Origin: a virus
Strand: one strand, 5' to 3'
Virus record (IMG/VR): IMGVR_UViG_3300027792_000010
DNA length: 64,000 nt
Shown: positions 28,151 through 37,775 of the stretch, piece after piece
How the letters are laid out: every line of letters starts with the position of its first letter
Position numbering within the stretch: the first letter of the stretch is position 1
Translations under genes and position numbers: made by a program
The notes under the pieces: generated by a model
What the model saw: the letters and a program-made list of their open reading frames with translations, nothing else
What the model was told of the DNA's origin: nothing
The model's database searches: none

Positions 28151-28357
28151 CTATTGTTTTGATATATGACTCCTAGTAGTATTATCTTTATTATACATAG
28201 GTATCATTCCTTCAGGCAACTGTTGCACTAAAAAACATTTTCTGGCTATGGAACTATAGTCCATACGATTCATGAGAGGGGCTACCATTGCTTGTGCCAA
28301 CTTTGAAAAGTCTGGCATAGCCCAGGGATCATCAGCAAACCACAAATTTGTTTTCAT
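28151..28357 (-). CDS. small protein with WxADDPW motif
   Basis: LWFADDPWA; GAGG RBS. Confidence 0.65.
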   Translation of the reverse strand: MKTNLWFADDPWAMPDFSKLAQAMVAPLMNRMDYSSIARKCFLVQQLPEGMIPMYNKDNTTRSHISKQ

Positions 28358-28630
28358 ACATCCTCTTTATTATCTTTACAATTATCCGGCTTAGCAACAC
28401 TAGCTAACGCGATTAGATATCGATACAATTCATCGGGTGTTCGATTTGGTAAAGATTCTTGCAATCGAGTTAATTCTTTTGTAAAGTAGGCGACATCGAC
28501 ACCGAATCGATTTTTCATTGCTCAAGCTCCCGCAGCCGTTGCTGCATTTCCCGATATTTTCGTAGTTTTCGTTTTAGTATTATCAATCGAATAACTGAGA
28601 TAATGGATCTGATCATATGATACCTTCGAA

Positions 28631-29119
28631 TTATTTTGTTAGAAAAATAGCAGTTTTACAATCTTTTGTTATCGATTTTATGGTATCCAGCACATCACTA
28701 GGACAGTGTAAGAAGATTGCTGTATTTATTGAACCTGATGTTAACCATTCTTCTGCTTTATCTAAGGTAGCTGTTTGCAACGCAATAGTTTCGGATTCTT
28801 TGATAGGAACAATACATTGTTCAAAATCCCTTATAGAAAACCAATGAATATCTGAAGGGGAGATATCCAAACAAATACCGATGAGTCTATCTGCAAAATG
28901 CTCTACAATTCTTCCCCGTTCCCATAAAGGTGCGTTTGCAGGTACACCATTAACGATGCATGCTATAGGCTGGATAATTTTAACAGCGGTTCCTATTGGA
29001 TACTGTAAGGGAGCTACTCGAATATTAGGTTTGGATATTTTGATTTTGATATAGACTATACAGACAAGAATACTAATAATACCTAAGCTTACTACCAATG
29101 GATACGAAAAACTCAGCAT
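28631..29119 (-). CDS. membrane-anchored hypothetical protein
   Basis: N-terminal TM helix; AAGGAG RBS. Confidence 0.7.
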   Translation of the reverse strand: MLSFSYPLVVSLGIISILVCIVYIKIKISKPNIRVAPLQYPIGTAVKIIQPIACIVNGVPANAPLWERGRIVEHFADRLIGICLDISPSDIHWFSIRDFEQCIVPIKESETIALQTATLDKAEEWLTSGSINTAIFLHCPSDVLDTIKSITKDCKTAIFLTK

Positions 29120-29128
29120 ACGATCTCC

Positions 29129-29641
29129 TTATTTATAACTATTTACATTTTCAGACACGTAAGTAACAGGAATACCTGCTTGTTTGAGCATTTCTTCGCT
29201 TTCTTGTGCGCATTGGTATTTCGATTCACAATGTACTGCAACTATACCAACAGAGATAATAAACATTGTGCATACCCGACAAGGTGTCATGCTGCAATAT
29301 AATGTACTGCCTGCTAAGCTAATACCAAGTTTGGCTGCTTGTAATATTGCGTTCTGTTCTGCATGAATTGTTCGGATACAATGCACAGTATATTCATCCG
29401 GCTCTAGCCGCAAAGAAACTTTTTGCTTAGTTAAAGGTGTAAGGTCGCCGTGAAATCTACCTTCATATCGATGACCTACCTCATCGCAATGACTTAATCC
29501 AGGAGGAGCACCAGCATATCCCGTTACTAAAATACGATTATCCCGAATGATTACACATCCTACTTTCCCTCGATCACATGATGACCTATCAGATATTGCT
29601 CGCATTACGGAAAAGAAATATTCATGCCATGTCGGTCGCAT
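29129..29641 (-). CDS. dCMP deaminase family protein
   Basis: SSCDRGKVG, HAEQNA, PCRVC. Confidence 0.92.
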   Translation of the reverse strand: MRPTWHEYFFSVMRAISDRSSCDRGKVGCVIIRDNRILVTGYAGAPPGLSHCDEVGHRYEGRFHGDLTPLTKQKVSLRLEPDEYTVHCIRTIHAEQNAILQAAKLGISLAGSTLYCSMTPCRVCTMFIISVGIVAVHCESKYQCAQESEEMLKQAGIPVTYVSENVNSYK

Positions 29642-29695
29642 ACATACTCCTGGAGGTTAACCAAGGTAGCTAGCAGATGCCAGCTACCCATTTTG

Positions 29696-31546
29696 TTACG
29701 GTAAATAGACAATTGATTCTTTAACAGTAAATCGATTATTTAGATTTTCCGTCCAAACTACTTTAGCATAATCAGAGTACCTACCAACTTTAGGGTACTG
29801 ATAAGCAAAACCTGGGGACGTACCTAATGTTTGGGTAACCCAGCCACTTGTTTTATAGTATCCGAATTTAATACTGATGCTAGAATCTGGGTTCATCTTT
29901 TCCCAAGTAGCATTAAGGGATACACCAAAATTATTAATCGCATTAATAGAGCATGATTCTGTATCGATAGTATCCCGAAAGGATTTCCAGGAATTATTTA
30001 CATATTTTCTATGCACTAAGTACCCACGCTCGTCACCCACACCCATATTTTCCTTACCAGTCCAATATAAAAGATGAAGGGTATCAGATACCCGATTAAC
30101 GCTTACACCCATTACCCGAGTATTAGCATCTAGGGTTGTCACTGCTCCCCACGAAGTACCATTAAATATTCGATATCTAATAGGTTGCTTCCACTCACTG
30201 CAATCTTGGTTTATATACACCAACATCAGACTCTTTGTTGCAGGAGTTTGGCATACACTGAAAATGTATTGATTAGTTTTTCGAATATTATCGTATGCAG
30301 GATCTAATGTAATGTTGTCACCCGCTTGCTGTAATTCTAAGACTGGGCTAAATACACCATTCTTGTAAAACGTAGTCTGTATTTTAACTCCTACTTGTGA
30401 CTGAGATGCCCAAAAAACATGTGGAATACCCGAGGTCAAAATAACTTGACCTTGTTTTATGGAAGTATTTGGGGTGTTATATTCATAGACAAGAAGTCGG
30501 TTAGTCACAGTTAAAGAAAGAGAATCAATAGTAGTTAAATATAACTGTATGTTAGGAGGTGCATCAGTTTTCCAGAGCACATAAACAGTCGATGCCACTT
30601 TTATTGAATGTAAAAAAGTACTAGCCTTACCTGAATCGTAGCATAACGGACCATACCATAAAGAATTGTACCCATCTACTGACTTCCCTCGGTAGGAGTA
30701 GAATGTTAAGTCTGTTCGATTAGTTACAGAAGGATCATAGGTATTGGTAAAATTACAAACAGGGGTAGTTGGGGTGGGAGGTTTAATTAAGTCCAGCCTT
30801 TCAATTGATTGAATGGATGGAACACAATTATTTACTGCAAATGTTACAAGGGGGCCTGCTTGGTTTGTGGCATACCCACCAAATATAATTCTGCCTATGT
30901 TTGATAGCATTAGAGTGGAATTACAAGGTATAGACCAATGCATACCTATGATGATAATACTATTCGATTGGGGCTCAATAAAAATCCAATTATTTACGAG
31001 CGTAGGGTCGTCCCCAACAAGAATGGCATTTATACTATGATAAAATCCTTGTGAAGCCAAAGACACGGGATAAACAGGTAAATTAAATCGATTTGTTCCG
31101 TAATATGGCTCTGATAGGTCATTATAGTATCCGGTAAAATTGACATAAAACTGAATAGCAAAATTCCCACAAACATAATAAGGAAGATAAGGGTGATACT
31201 GTGTAAGGGATAGACATTTACTGACCCAAGATATCTTTTGCGCCTTGGTTAAATTATCCCAATCTCCTGGTAAATTACCTGATTGTAGTATTTGAATATC
31301 GGTTGAGGTAAGATAGTTATCAGCATCTACATCACCAAACCGATTAAACATCCCAAGATTAATTAATGATACGGCGGAATCAATGTCTAACTGATTAACT
31401 GACCCATCTTGATTAACATCACCCGATCCCCAATATGCTGTAGTTGGGTAAGGTCGATGAAAGGGATCATTTCCTTGCCATAAATCGTAGGCAATCGAAT
31501 AGCTCATTACTGGTAACAGGCATAAAAAGATAAGCACATTTTTCAT
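29696..31546 (-). CDS. secreted protein with dockerin/EF-hand-like repeats
   Basis: Signal peptide; GDVNQDGSVNQLD and GDVDADNYLTSTD. Confidence 0.75.
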   Translation of the reverse strand: MKNVLIFLCLLPVMSYSIAYDLWQGNDPFHRPYPTTAYWGSGDVNQDGSVNQLDIDSAVSLINLGMFNRFGDVDADNYLTSTDIQILQSGNLPGDWDNLTKAQKISWVSKCLSLTQYHPYLPYYVCGNFAIQFYVNFTGYYNDLSEPYYGTNRFNLPVYPVSLASQGFYHSINAILVGDDPTLVNNWIFIEPQSNSIIIIGMHWSIPCNSTLMLSNIGRIIFGGYATNQAGPLVTFAVNNCVPSIQSIERLDLIKPPTPTTPVCNFTNTYDPSVTNRTDLTFYSYRGKSVDGYNSLWYGPLCYDSGKASTFLHSIKVASTVYVLWKTDAPPNIQLYLTTIDSLSLTVTNRLLVYEYNTPNTSIKQGQVILTSGIPHVFWASQSQVGVKIQTTFYKNGVFSPVLELQQAGDNITLDPAYDNIRKTNQYIFSVCQTPATKSLMLVYINQDCSEWKQPIRYRIFNGTSWGAVTTLDANTRVMGVSVNRVSDTLHLLYWTGKENMGVGDERGYLVHRKYVNNSWKSFRDTIDTESCSINAINNFGVSLNATWEKMNPDSSISIKFGYYKTSGWVTQTLGTSPGFAYQYPKVGRYSDYAKVVWTENLNNRFTVKESIVYLP

Positions 31547-31686
31547 TGTTGGCTCCTTGATTGTGGTTTAGAGGTGTTATCTTGCGCTCATAATTGAAAA
31601 TTTTTAGTCATTTGTCGGTCTCCTTTTTAATAGTATTTCGTATGCCCTTTATTACTATCAGCATAAAAATTATATGGTTTCTAATA

Positions 31687-31800
31687 TTATAACCTTATTG
31701 TTTTTATAATAGCTAAGGGATTAACTATACCAATACCTATGTTATCTCTAATAACAAATCCAATCGGTCTACCCCAAGGATCATCAGCTTGCCATATCAT
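31687..31800 (-). CDS. 37-aa protein MIWQADDPWGRPIGF...
   Basis: Motif-bearing; ATGA-coupled to the upstream 43-aa ORF (31797..31928). Confidence 0.55.
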   Translation of the reverse strand: MIWQADDPWGRPIGFVIRDNIGIGIVNPLAIIKTIRL

Positions 31801-31930
31801 GAACGTAGTTGCCTTTTTTTGAAGAAGCCCTCAAAAGAAGTATCTTTTTCTTCTAATAAACGAACATATCGGCTAGTATAGTTGTTATTTATTTTGAAAG
31901 GTTCGTTGTTTATATTAGTCACTATCATCT

Positions 31931-33292
31931 CCGTTCTGAAAAACTTATAAAATCTTTGCAAGACTCATGTTTTCTTCCTGCTTCATAGAAACAGCTTCTT
32001 GACCTATACAAGCATCTTGAAGTCTTATACTTTCTCCACAGGCTTTAATTCCCGACGAACTATCGGTATTTTTAAGTTTAATTAATACATACTTTTCAAG
32101 ATTAATAGATGCATTTAAGTCTCTATCTATGACATTTCCACAATCACATATATAAATCCTATCTTCTAAAGTAAGGTCTTCTTTCAAACAACCACAAACA
32201 GAACACGTCTTACTTGAAGGAAAGAACCTATCTACTTTAATTATGGAACCTCCATACCAAGAGGTCTTATAGGTTAGTTGCCTTTTAATTTCATTAAAAG
32301 AAGCATCTCCTATAGCACCTGCAAGTTTATGATTTTTCATCATACCAGAGACGTTTAAATCTTCTAAAACGATGTATCTTGGTTTGGTTTTCGCCAAAAT
32401 ACTTGTCATCTTATGAAGAGTATCTTTTCTTTGACTACTAATTCTTTTATATATCTTTTGTACTTTTAATTTACTCTTTAATCTATTATTACTTGATCTT
32501 TTAGTTTCTTTATCAAACTTTTTACGAGCTAAATCCTTTTGAGCATGAGCTAACTTTTTCTTTGATTTTTTAAGATACTTAGGATTTTCAAATATTTGAC
32601 AATTAGAACATGTAGCTAATGTTTTAATGCCTACATCAACACCTAAAACAGATTCTATTTGGTTTACTGGTTCTGGTATATCTTGTTCTACTTGAACAGA
32701 TATATACCATCTATCAGCTTCTTTGGAGACTGTCATAGAGTTTATTTTAACATCTTTAGTTGTTATATAACCTTTTTCTTTAAGTTTTACATAACCGACT
32801 TTAGGAATATTGATTGTTGAATTAGTTATATAGAACCCAAAGGAAATCCTAAAAGAATCTTTGTCTTTATGTTTTGACTTGAACTTAGGGAAACCTACTT
32901 TTTTACCTTGTTTCAAACCTCTAAAAAAGTTTTTGAAAGCTGTATCTAAATCCCTTAATGCTTCTTGAGGAGCCATTTTGGATATATCATACATCCAATG
33001 ATAATCAGTTTTCTTCTTACTACATAAAATTTTATGTTGATCTATAGCAGTTAAGGTTTTCTTTTCTGACTTATAAAGTTCTATACGTTCATTTAATCCC
33101 CAATTATAAGCAAAACGAGCACATCCAACACTCTTTTCTAAAAGAGTACGTTGTTTATTATTAGGATTAAGTTCTACTTTATATGCTCTATTTATCTTCA
33201 TTTTCTTTATTCTTCTTAGTCATATGACTTCTTCTACCATAAATTTTAGCTGAATAACAAGACATAATAGTTAAGATATCTGTTAGATTCCC
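31931..33292 (-). mobile_element. IS607-family element carrying only tnpB (no tnpA)
   Basis: Left end GGGAATCTAACAG, right end TAAGTTTTTCAGAACGG, GG at both junctions. Confidence 0.75.
31945..33201 (-). CDS. tnpB: RNA-guided endonuclease TnpB
   Basis: RAYKVELNP HTH; RuvC D (GVDVG), E (VLEDL), D (DRDLNA) intact; zinc finger CSVC...CDC. Confidence 0.95.
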   Translation of the reverse strand: MKINRAYKVELNPNNKQRTLLEKSVGCARFAYNWGLNERIELYKSEKKTLTAIDQHKILCSKKKTDYHWMYDISKMAPQEALRDLDTAFKNFFRGLKQGKKVGFPKFKSKHKDKDSFRISFGFYITNSTINIPKVGYVKLKEKGYITTKDVKINSMTVSKEADRWYISVQVEQDIPEPVNQIESVLGVDVGIKTLATCSNCQIFENPKYLKKSKKKLAHAQKDLARKKFDKETKRSSNNRLKSKLKVQKIYKRISSQRKDTLHKMTSILAKTKPRYIVLEDLNVSGMMKNHKLAGAIGDASFNEIKRQLTYKTSWYGGSIIKVDRFFPSSKTCSVCGCLKEDLTLEDRIYICDCGNVIDRDLNASINLEKYVLIKLKNTDSSSGIKACGESIRLQDACIGQEAVSMKQEENMSLAKIL

Positions 33293-33296
33293 TTAA

Positions 33297-34118
33297 TCAA
33301 ATACCTATTTTTAACCCATAGTATTTGAGCTTTAAAGAAGGTTCGTATATATTAATCTTATTATACAATTTTATATGCTCAAGAAATCTTTTATGTTCAA
33401 GTTTCCAGGCTTCCAAAGATTTATGGTTGAAGGTTAATTCTTTTTCTAGCTTTTTGATAGTTAACTCATTCCATTTAAAATGATGAATTTCTATACCAAA
33501 AGAATGAGGGGATAGCTCCTCAAAGTAGGGTTCTGTGTTGCAACCTTTAAAATAGACTCCACCTCTATTTATAAATACGTGACGACCTCCCCCAATATCT
33601 CTACTCATCTTAGCGCATACTATCTTTTTATCCCAACCTTTTAATATTTCTTTTGTTATATATCCACCTATTGGGTACTGGACTTCCAAAGGTATATCTT
33701 TGATTATAGGCGTTAATTCACCAGTAATACATATTCTATCTATCAGCCTGCCCTCAAGGTAATCAAATCCAAGGCGTTTTGCGTTTTTAATGGATGACCT
33801 AATATCTTTAGGATAAAATTGAAATTCATCTATATCCGCATATATAGCCCAGTCGCTATCTTTACGGTAATGGCTACTTATAAGTTTTTCCTGAGCTACC
33901 TTTTCGTCCTCAGAAAATTCTCCTGGCCATTCTTGGAGGACACACAGATTTCTATACTTTTTAACTTTTTCTTTTACAGTATTGTAGGTCTCAGAGTCCT
34001 TTGATGCATTCACTACAATAAGTATCTTTTTAGGTCTAAACTTTTCATAGTGCTGTAAAAACATATCTAATAAGGGAGTATCGAAACAACTTATTGTAGT
34101 TATTACATAGATTCTCAT
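33297..34118 (-). CDS. GT-A fold glycosyltransferase (GT2/GT92-like)
   Basis: YADIDEF DxD motif; IHHFKW. Confidence 0.75.
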   Translation of the reverse strand: MRIYVITTISCFDTPLLDMFLQHYEKFRPKKILIVVNASKDSETYNTVKEKVKKYRNLCVLQEWPGEFSEDEKVAQEKLISSHYRKDSDWAIYADIDEFQFYPKDIRSSIKNAKRLGFDYLEGRLIDRICITGELTPIIKDIPLEVQYPIGGYITKEILKGWDKKIVCAKMSRDIGGGRHVFINRGGVYFKGCNTEPYFEELSPHSFGIEIHHFKWNELTIKKLEKELTFNHKSLEAWKLEHKRFLEHIKLYNKINIYEPSLKLKYYGLKIGI

Positions 34119-34153
34119 ATTGTTCCTATCTATGTGTAGCCTATAAAGACTTA

Positions 34154-34330
34154 TTATAGTCGAACATTAAAAACCTCTAATTTAGAGATATCTATTCTTA
34201 AACCTAAATATTGCATACGCTGTACTAGCTTCCCCAAGCACATATCTATATCTATATCTACCCATGGGTCGTCAGCTTTCCATAGATAGGTTGAAGCAGT
34301 CTGGGTTAAAGTTAAAGTTAAATCTTCCAT
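34154..34330 (-). CDS. 58-aa WxADDPW protein, paralog of 37776..38036
   Basis: MEDLTLTLTQTASTYLWKADDPWVD. Confidence 0.65.
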   Translation of the reverse strand: MEDLTLTLTQTASTYLWKADDPWVDIDIDMCLGKLVQRMQYLGLRIDISKLEVFNVRL

Positions 34331-34376
34331 CATAAAAATAATATACTTTTTGGAAGTATGAGTTTAAAGTGTAAAA

Positions 34377-34452
34377 TGGCTGGGACACAGGGACTTGAAC
34401 CCCGAACACCCAGAGTCAGAGTCTGGTGCTCTACCAATTGAGCTATGTCCCA
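34377..34452 (-). tRNA. tRNA-Gln(CUG)
   Basis: U1-A72, G73, loop CTCTGAC, CCA encoded. Confidence 0.95.
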
Positions 34453-34537
34453 CTATATGTCTGTTTATTACTCTTAGCTAATCCTTAAAACTATATAATA
34501 ATAAACTTCTTATTGAGAGTTCTATATTAATAAGTTA

Positions 34538-34608
34538 TGCCCCTAATTGGTCTCGAACCAATGACTCCTGTTTTAGAGACAGTTGTTTTACCACTAAACT
34601 ATAAGGGC
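34538..34608 (-). tRNA. amber-suppressor tRNA (anticodon CUA)
   Basis: GCCCTTA/TAGGGGC acceptor, A73, arm (A)CTGT-CTCTAAA-ACAG(G). Confidence 0.85.
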
Positions 34609-34614
34609 ACATAA

Positions 34615-34884
34615 TCACTCTATCACATAGATACCAGTTACGTTGGTTATCCAGTTCTTAGGGTCCTGAATAACTTCAATAGTCCACTGGTCTTCCTTCT
34701 GAATATGATCTCTCTGCCACTCGTAAAACATCTTCTGAGCCATTTTCAGGTCATACGAAGTTTTTACAAGATATGTATGCTCTGAACTTTCTGGTGATAC
34801 GAATTGATATAGCTTGCTAACCATACCATCTCCTTTTGTTATACTAAATGTAGATCTTTGAATATAACTCCTAAATCGAAACAT
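34615..34884 (-). CDS. hypothetical protein
   Basis: ORF track; true start may be MVSKL. Confidence 0.55.
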   Translation of the reverse strand: MFRFRSYIQRSTFSITKGDGMVSKLYQFVSPESSEHTYLVKTSYDLKMAQKMFYEWQRDHIQKEDQWTIEVIQDPKNWITNVTGIYVIE

Positions 34885-35150
34885 GCTATCGCTGTCTCTT
34901 GACCATCTAAGTCTGGTTCACGGAATACAGAAAAATACTTGCCTACTGTGGTAAGCTTTTCGTTCCAGGCTCTGAGAGCCAGTAGATTACTGACTCCCAG
35001 AAATACAATCGTCTGATTGCCCCAAATACTGAAAAGACCAGAGTGTTCTAAGGCAAACTGAGAAACCGCATGACACCCTTGGACACAGCGATAAGTTTCT
35101 GCCAGGTCCTTACGGACAAGGACATACATTCGCGGTGTTCGCGTACTCAT
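34839..35150 (-). CDS. PTH2-like (peptidyl-tRNA hydrolase fold) protein
   Basis: MYVLVRKDL...QGCHA...FREPDL...TAIA pattern; start moved to MSTRTP. Confidence 0.65.
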   Translation of the reverse strand: MSTRTPRMYVLVRKDLAETYRCVQGCHAVSQFALEHSGLFSIWGNQTIVFLGVSNLLALRAWNEKLTTVGKYFSVFREPDLDGQETAIACFDLGVIFKDLHLV

Positions 35151-35409
35151 TTTGGATCTCCTGAACAAGTTTGAAATTAGGATAGTTACCTTCCCTTGTA
35201 TATCTTTCAATTTTATCATAACTTCTACCTCTCATTAGACAGTAAGCTATATGCTTATGTCTGGTTATCCAACTTGTACGCCCAATTTCATTATCCAGGT
35301 CTTCTATTTTCCAGGTACCTCTATTACCCTGAGGTCTGTGAGACTTAAGTTCTCTAATCGTTACAGATAACGCTTTCAATTCATTCTTTAATTCACTTAA
35401 TGGTTTCAT
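35110..35409 (-). CDS. hypothetical phage protein
   Basis: AGGAG RBS; RHKHIAYCLMRGR. Confidence 0.7.
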   Translation of the reverse strand: MKPLSELKNELKALSVTIRELKSHRPQGNRGTWKIEDLDNEIGRTSWITRHKHIAYCLMRGRSYDKIERYTREGNYPNFKLVQEIQNEYANTANVCPCP

Positions 35410-35670
35410 TTCAATCTCCTTAAATTTAGTTGTTATTGTCTTCTTATAGAATAATAGAAAGGCAATAACTTTTAAGGGGGCTTGAAAACCTATGGGAAAT
35501 TAAGAACCTACAGCATACCTACTCCTTAGTCTGTTTTTGAAGGAACTAAAATATATTTACACAATTTCCTCTATACATTTTTAAGTATCCAATTATTTTA
35601 ACACCACGATCTAACTAAAGCTATATTTGCACTAATAATAATTATTTCTAAGTCAGAAAATTAAGTTCCT

Positions 35671-36087
35671 TTACTTAGTTATCCATATTACAGTAAAATC
35701 GGTATCTAATTTAAAGGGCTCTTGACTTACAATGTTTAACTTTGTAGCTCTGACAAGCTTGCTTGTAAAATTGAATAAAAATGCGTATAAATTACCAGCA
35801 TCGGATTTAGCTAAAACTTCCATAAATCCTGAATCGGGAACCATTTTTAAAGTACTTTGCACTAAATAATATTTACTCGCTATTTCAGGCGTTTGATGTA
35901 AAAAGTACCAAGAATCAGACGTATCATTGGTTATATAAAAAGTGTATGTCGAACTCTCCATTACAGTACCCACATACTTCGAATCCTTATCAATAACTAC
36001 CCGGTGGGTAGTAGTAATAGGAGAAATATTTCCTCCAGCAAATAAGAAAGAAAAACCTAACGCAATCAACATCAGAAACTTACTCAT
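35671..36087 (-). CDS. secreted hypothetical protein
   Basis: Signal-peptide-like N-terminus. Confidence 0.65.
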   Translation of the reverse strand: MSKFLMLIALGFSFLFAGGNISPITTTHRVVIDKDSKYVGTVMESSTYTFYITNDTSDSWYFLHQTPEIASKYYLVQSTLKMVPDSGFMEVLAKSDAGNLYAFLFNFTSKLVRATKLNIVSQEPFKLDTDFTVIWITK

Positions 36088-36162
36088 ACCATTCTCCTTG
36101 ATTAGATTAATATTATACCTATACCCAACAAATCATAAAAAATTACTACTCAATAGCTACCT

Positions 36163-36396
36163 CTAAATATCTATAATATTCTTTTTCCATACATAACCCA
36201 CCCTCGGATTCCAAGGATCATCACTGAATATCCTTCTATCTTTATATAAGGGATCGATACATAGTGTGAAAATCCAGGCGCTGATATATAGTTTATGATT
36301 TCCAAAGATCATTCTTAATCTCAGTTTGAAAAACAAGTCCAGAGAGATATAAAAATATGATTCTCTACTTTTGTTAAAAGTTATTCCAAATACCAT
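36163..36396 (-). CDS. small protein with FSDDPW motif
   Basis: RIFSDDPWN; start moved downstream of tRNA-Pro. Confidence 0.6.
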   Translation of the reverse strand: MVFGITFNKSRESYFYISLDLFFKLRLRMIFGNHKLYISAWIFTLCIDPLYKDRRIFSDDPWNPRVGYVWKKNIIDI

Positions 36397-36422
36397 AGTC
36401 AATTTATCCCCAACAAAAAAAT

Positions 36423-36499
36423 TGGTCGGCAATACTGGATTTGAACCAGTGATCCCTTGCTCCCAAAGCAAGTGCGTTACCAGACTACGCTAATTGCCG
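36423..36499 (-). tRNA. tRNA-Pro(UGG)
   Basis: C1-G72, A73, loop TTTGGGA, CCA encoded. Confidence 0.95.
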
Positions 36500-36509
36500 A
36501 TAGATAAAC

Positions 36510-36643
36510 AGTAAACCGAACCCAGCCCACATTCAACACCATCTTTTCATTTAAAGGTTACAATTTCCTGCCACCCCGCGAGTAACCACAGGTGGTTGAG
36601 CGATTGCTGGCTGGGTCTTGTTTCTTCGTCAGGTCCGGTTTAC
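36510..36643 (-). ncRNA. unidentified structured RNA (long irregular hairpin)
   Basis: GTAAACCG/CGGTTTAC, GACCCAGCC/GGCTGGGTT, TCAAC-CACC/GGTG-TTGA; G.U pairs favour the minus strand. Confidence 0.5.
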
Positions 36644-36651
36644 TTTTTATT

Positions 36652-37638
36652 TTATAAGTTATTATCCAAATAGCTCATCCAAAATATTCTAGCTTTATTG
36701 GATATAAACGATCCCATCTTTTTAGGATCTATACCATTTTTAATAATGGTATCCTGTTCTTCCTTCATTACATCACTATATACCCACCTTATGTATTCTC
36801 CGGTGGTAGATTTATCCAGAGGATTCCCAAGTTCTTTCATTTTGTCGATGCCTTGCTGCATCCTATTTTCAGTTACAGCATATTCAACAAACTCTTTTAC
36901 ATTTTCTACCTCTTCGGTGTCGATAGAGGCAAGTTTCTTAACTTTACTATTCTGATGCTTCTCACCTTTCACCTTAAAGATATATCTTTTGGTATCATCT
37001 ATATATTCCCAAACTATTCCTTCCCCCAAACCACCTATCCCAAAGTATTTACCCACAGGGCATTCTTCTTCTACTTTTATAGTAAGCTCTACTAGTTTAT
37101 TCTGAGCTATTTCTGGCTTATTGAAGTCTATATCCAGTTCATAGTTCTCAAACTGAAGAATATTGAATATCTTTTTATCCTCATTCTTAAGATGCTTGAA
37201 TTGCTCTATAGGCTTATAGACATCATCTATTCTAATTGCAAAAATTACCCACATGACAGGTAGTTTACTTATAGCTACACATTTTTGTATGCCAGAACCA
37301 CACCACTCTCCATAGATAGCACAACTGTCATTAAATTCTATACCTTCAAAAATCTTGTCTATGTCTCTATTCGTCATGGTAAGCATAAAACGGTAATTAT
37401 CAGATTCTATGCTCAACAACCTATCTTTACTTTGATATTCATAATGTCCATCTTTATATTTAACAATGGCTGAGTTTGTGCCGTGAAGTTTTATGGTCCC
37501 ACGGAACTTTAGAATAGGATAATCAGTCTCATGCCTATAGACAGGAGCACCTGTTTTATCCTCACCTTTATAATCATGGTGAGATTTAACTGCTCTGATA
37601 ACTTCTCTGAATTGTCCTATATCGGTAAATTTTTTCAT
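36652..37638 (-). CDS. ATP-dependent RNA ligase (Rnl2-like)
   Basis: TIKLHGTN (motif I), YGEW, GEGIVW, FKVKGEKH. Confidence 0.85.
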   Translation of the reverse strand: MKKFTDIGQFREVIRAVKSHHDYKGEDKTGAPVYRHETDYPILKFRGTIKLHGTNSAIVKYKDGHYEYQSKDRLLSIESDNYRFMLTMTNRDIDKIFEGIEFNDSCAIYGEWCGSGIQKCVAISKLPVMWVIFAIRIDDVYKPIEQFKHLKNEDKKIFNILQFENYELDIDFNKPEIAQNKLVELTIKVEEECPVGKYFGIGGLGEGIVWEYIDDTKRYIFKVKGEKHQNSKVKKLASIDTEEVENVKEFVEYAVTENRMQQGIDKMKELGNPLDKSTTGEYIRWVYSDVMKEEQDTIIKNGIDPKKMGSFISNKARIFWMSYLDNNL

Positions 37639-37775
37639 ATCATATACTCACATTCTGTTTCGTCTTTGAATCTGGTTTTTTAACATTATCTTTTACGAGC
37701 CCGTAGTTAGCATTATTAAACTCACCCATCATTTCAGATAAGATTTCATCAGATACCACAAAAAATCTTTACCTG

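Noticed and set aside
20660-28330. CRISPR array explanation for the repeated GATGACCC/GATGATCC sequences
   Set aside because: Spacing is irregular, variation is at synonymous codon positions, repeats lie inside ORFs, and there are no cas genes.
34538-34608. Pyrrolysine tRNA
   Set aside because: It has a standard D-loop, 2-nt connector and 4-nt variable loop rather than tRNA-Pyl features, and no pyl genes are present.
36625-36643. SRP RNA (TCAGGTCCGG on the plus strand)
   Set aside because: Lacks the GGAAGGAAGCAG continuation, and G.U pairing favours the minus strand.
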